The notes under the pieces are model-generated. The model was given only the letters and a program-made list of their open reading frames with translations, ran no database searches and had not been told where the DNA came from. Below, one piece after another: positions 62,030 through 64,000 of a DNA stretch of 64,000 nucleotides. The DNA lies in NCBI RefSeq assembly GCF_021869535.1, contig NW_026262690.1:60884001-60948000 (forward strand), read 5' to 3'. Numbering within the stretch: the stretch's first letter is position 1; the number at the start of each line of letters is the position of its first letter. Origin of the DNA: Mytilus californianus (lineage: Eukaryota). The position numbers and the translations under genes were made by a program.

Positions 62030-62640
62030 TTTTTTCTTATTTTGTATGCCGTTCCCCTCTTTCATACCAAATAACTCTGAACAACAAGTCGAACTTTAAT
62101 TTGAACTTTAACTCAATGGATAGCGACACTCATCCGAAGCACATTAAACAAACGACACATGGAAATCGGTTTAAAAATAGAACTATTTTTTTCCCAAATG
62201 GTCACGTGGTTTTACCTCATGAAGTAATGTGATAACCACATCAATTGATGTGATAACCACATCAAAGAATGACAGGACCACATCAAATACTGGAACGAAC
62301 ACATCATGTAGTGTGAAATCGTCAAATTTTAAAACATCATTATGTTATGCTAAAGTCATATAAAGAACTAACAAATCACCAATACCAAATGACAAAACCA
62401 CATCATGTAATGAAACAACTACATTACGTCAACCCACATACACATCAAGTAATGTTAAAACCATATTACCTAATGAAAAAAACACATTAAATAATGGTGA
62501 AACGACATCGAGTAATGATAAAACCATACTAAGTAATGACAAAACCATATCAAGTAATATCAAAATATCATTAAGTAATGTCAAAACCATATTATGTAAA
62601 AAAAACAAAATATCATCAAGTAACAATTAAACGACATAAC
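62030..62640 (+). repeat. Unknown element, right copy, with ~20 units of a 21-bp minisatellite (62223-62640)
   Basis: Unit consensus AAGTAATGACAAAACCACATC; phase is kept almost throughout. Confidence 0.85.
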
Positions 62641-63052
62641 GTAATATCAGATACCACATAAGACAGCTTTGGCGCTCCATAGTCTTAGGTTTTCTGTTTA
62701 TAGGTGTACTGCTTATTTATGATGAGAATTTCAACTTTTTAAATCTACATTTCATACAAACGCGGTTTTTGGCCATTGTTACAATGCGAATTTATTCGGA
62801 GTTTTTAAAAACCTTGAAGTTTAAAAGATTTGTTGTTCTTAATTCGATATGAATACGAACAAAAGGGTATTCTGTAACTAAAAAAATAGATTGTATTGAA
62901 AAACTAACCTAATCACAAACTTTGATAAAATGTAAACTATGAAATCAATGCACAATGACTTAGGGGGTGGGCCAACTAATCAATAATCAACTGTATACCA
63001 AATATCATTTACTCACCTAAACACTCGTCGCCGGCAACGGCACTCTAGCGAA

Positions 63053-63613
63053 ACATCGGTGTCTAAGCAAAGCATTAATTAGCAAGGGTTTTGTCAAAGA
63101 ACGTCTCGTTCGTTTTCTCAAAACGTTCATCGGAAAGTAACAAAACCTATTCAGTGTCTACTTCACAAACAATACAAGATGATTTTGAGTTATAGATTAT
63201 AGGTGCTGAAGTTGTGTACCTTTTTATTTTTCTTCATAGTGTCCCCGTTATTTGTCTTCGTGTTATTATAATTCTTTTGGTTGTACGACTTTTGACGTGA
63301 CTCGGTATTTATACATCCCGCCATCGGATTTTTTACTTTTTAACTTGATCTCGGCATTGCTGGTGCAGGTGGATCCTGAGGTGCGAATCGGACATAAAGG
63401 GTTTTTACAGTGTTGATTTATTTTACTTTAGTTTCCCGTTATTTGTCTACGTGCTAATATGTTTCTTTTAGTCGTACGAATTTTGACGTGACTCGATATT
63501 TATACATCCCGCCATCGGGTTTTTGACTTTTTAACTTCGGGCATTGCTGGTGCAGGTGGGTTTGATTGGGACATAAAGGGTTTTCAAAGTGTTGTTTTAT
63601 TTTACTTATTCCC
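63053..63613 (+). mobile_element. PLE lineage 2 RT end with a tandemly duplicated 3' UTR block
   Basis: KHRCLSKALISKGFVKERLVRFLKTFIGK*; diverged units at 63244-63434 and 63435-63613. Confidence 0.78.
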
Positions 63614-63621
63614 TTCGTTTT

Positions 63622-64000
63622 TTCTAACGAGAAAACTAACGGCCTAATTTATAACAAAACAAATTAACGAAAAACAAATATGACACATATGAACCAACGA
63701 CAACCATTAAACTACAGGCTCCTGACTTAGAATAGGCACATAAAGAATGTGGCGGAGTTAAACATGTCTGTGAGCGCTCAACCCTAACCCTAACCTTGGA
63801 CACTAGTGTAATAGCACATCATAAGAAAAAACTAACAATCAATTGCAATTGGCTTAACTCAATAGATCGGTATGACTGGGCAATATAAATCCATCAAAAT
63901 CCGAGGATGATCTCGGGTGCTCCAAAAGGGTAGGCAGATTCTGCTCAACGTGTGGCACCCGTCGTGTTATTCGTGTAAGTACAAACCCAGTGATTTGGTC
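63622..64000. repeat. Near-identical direct duplicate of 60707-61085 (offset 2915 bp), runs off the window edge
   Basis: 379 bp with two substitutions seen (CTTAGGATAG/CTTAGAATAG, ACAACATAAG/ACATCATAAG). Confidence 0.95.

Overview
AT-rich eukaryotic DNA with no intact protein-coding gene that I can recognise. The repeat families resemble those of bivalves, most likely a Mytilus mussel (inference; no database search was run). Nearly all ORFs in the supplied track are chance ORFs or fragments of mobile elements. Contents: (1) about 30 5'-truncated remnants of Penelope-like retroelements (PLEs), with RT motifs GIPMxTNCA, RYIDD and YDKRDDF and several distinct 3' regions; (2) about 18 copies of three ~340-350 nt retrozyme-like repeat families (A, B, C), each built around a minimal type I hammerhead ribozyme with a palindromic GCGC stem III, and every copy carries at least one lesion; (3) a LINE 3' end nested with a TSD, a V-SINE, a pearl/HINE element, a Kolobok-like MITE, a TA-flanked TIR element and a decayed transposase-like ORF; (4) three same-strand, heavily decayed LRR/TIR (Toll-like-receptor-like) remnants at 26.5-32.5 kb; (5) local rearrangements: a perfect 31-bp-arm palindrome, an inverted repeat with a 73-bp identical tract, and a 379-bp near-identical direct duplication running off the right edge. 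The most interesting signal is the hammerhead system. Family B has a non-canonical core, families A and B share a covarying cUUCGg hairpin, and family A carries a second hammerhead-like motif on the opposite strand. Fragment ends are estimated by eye (about +/-10-20 bp) unless stated exactly.
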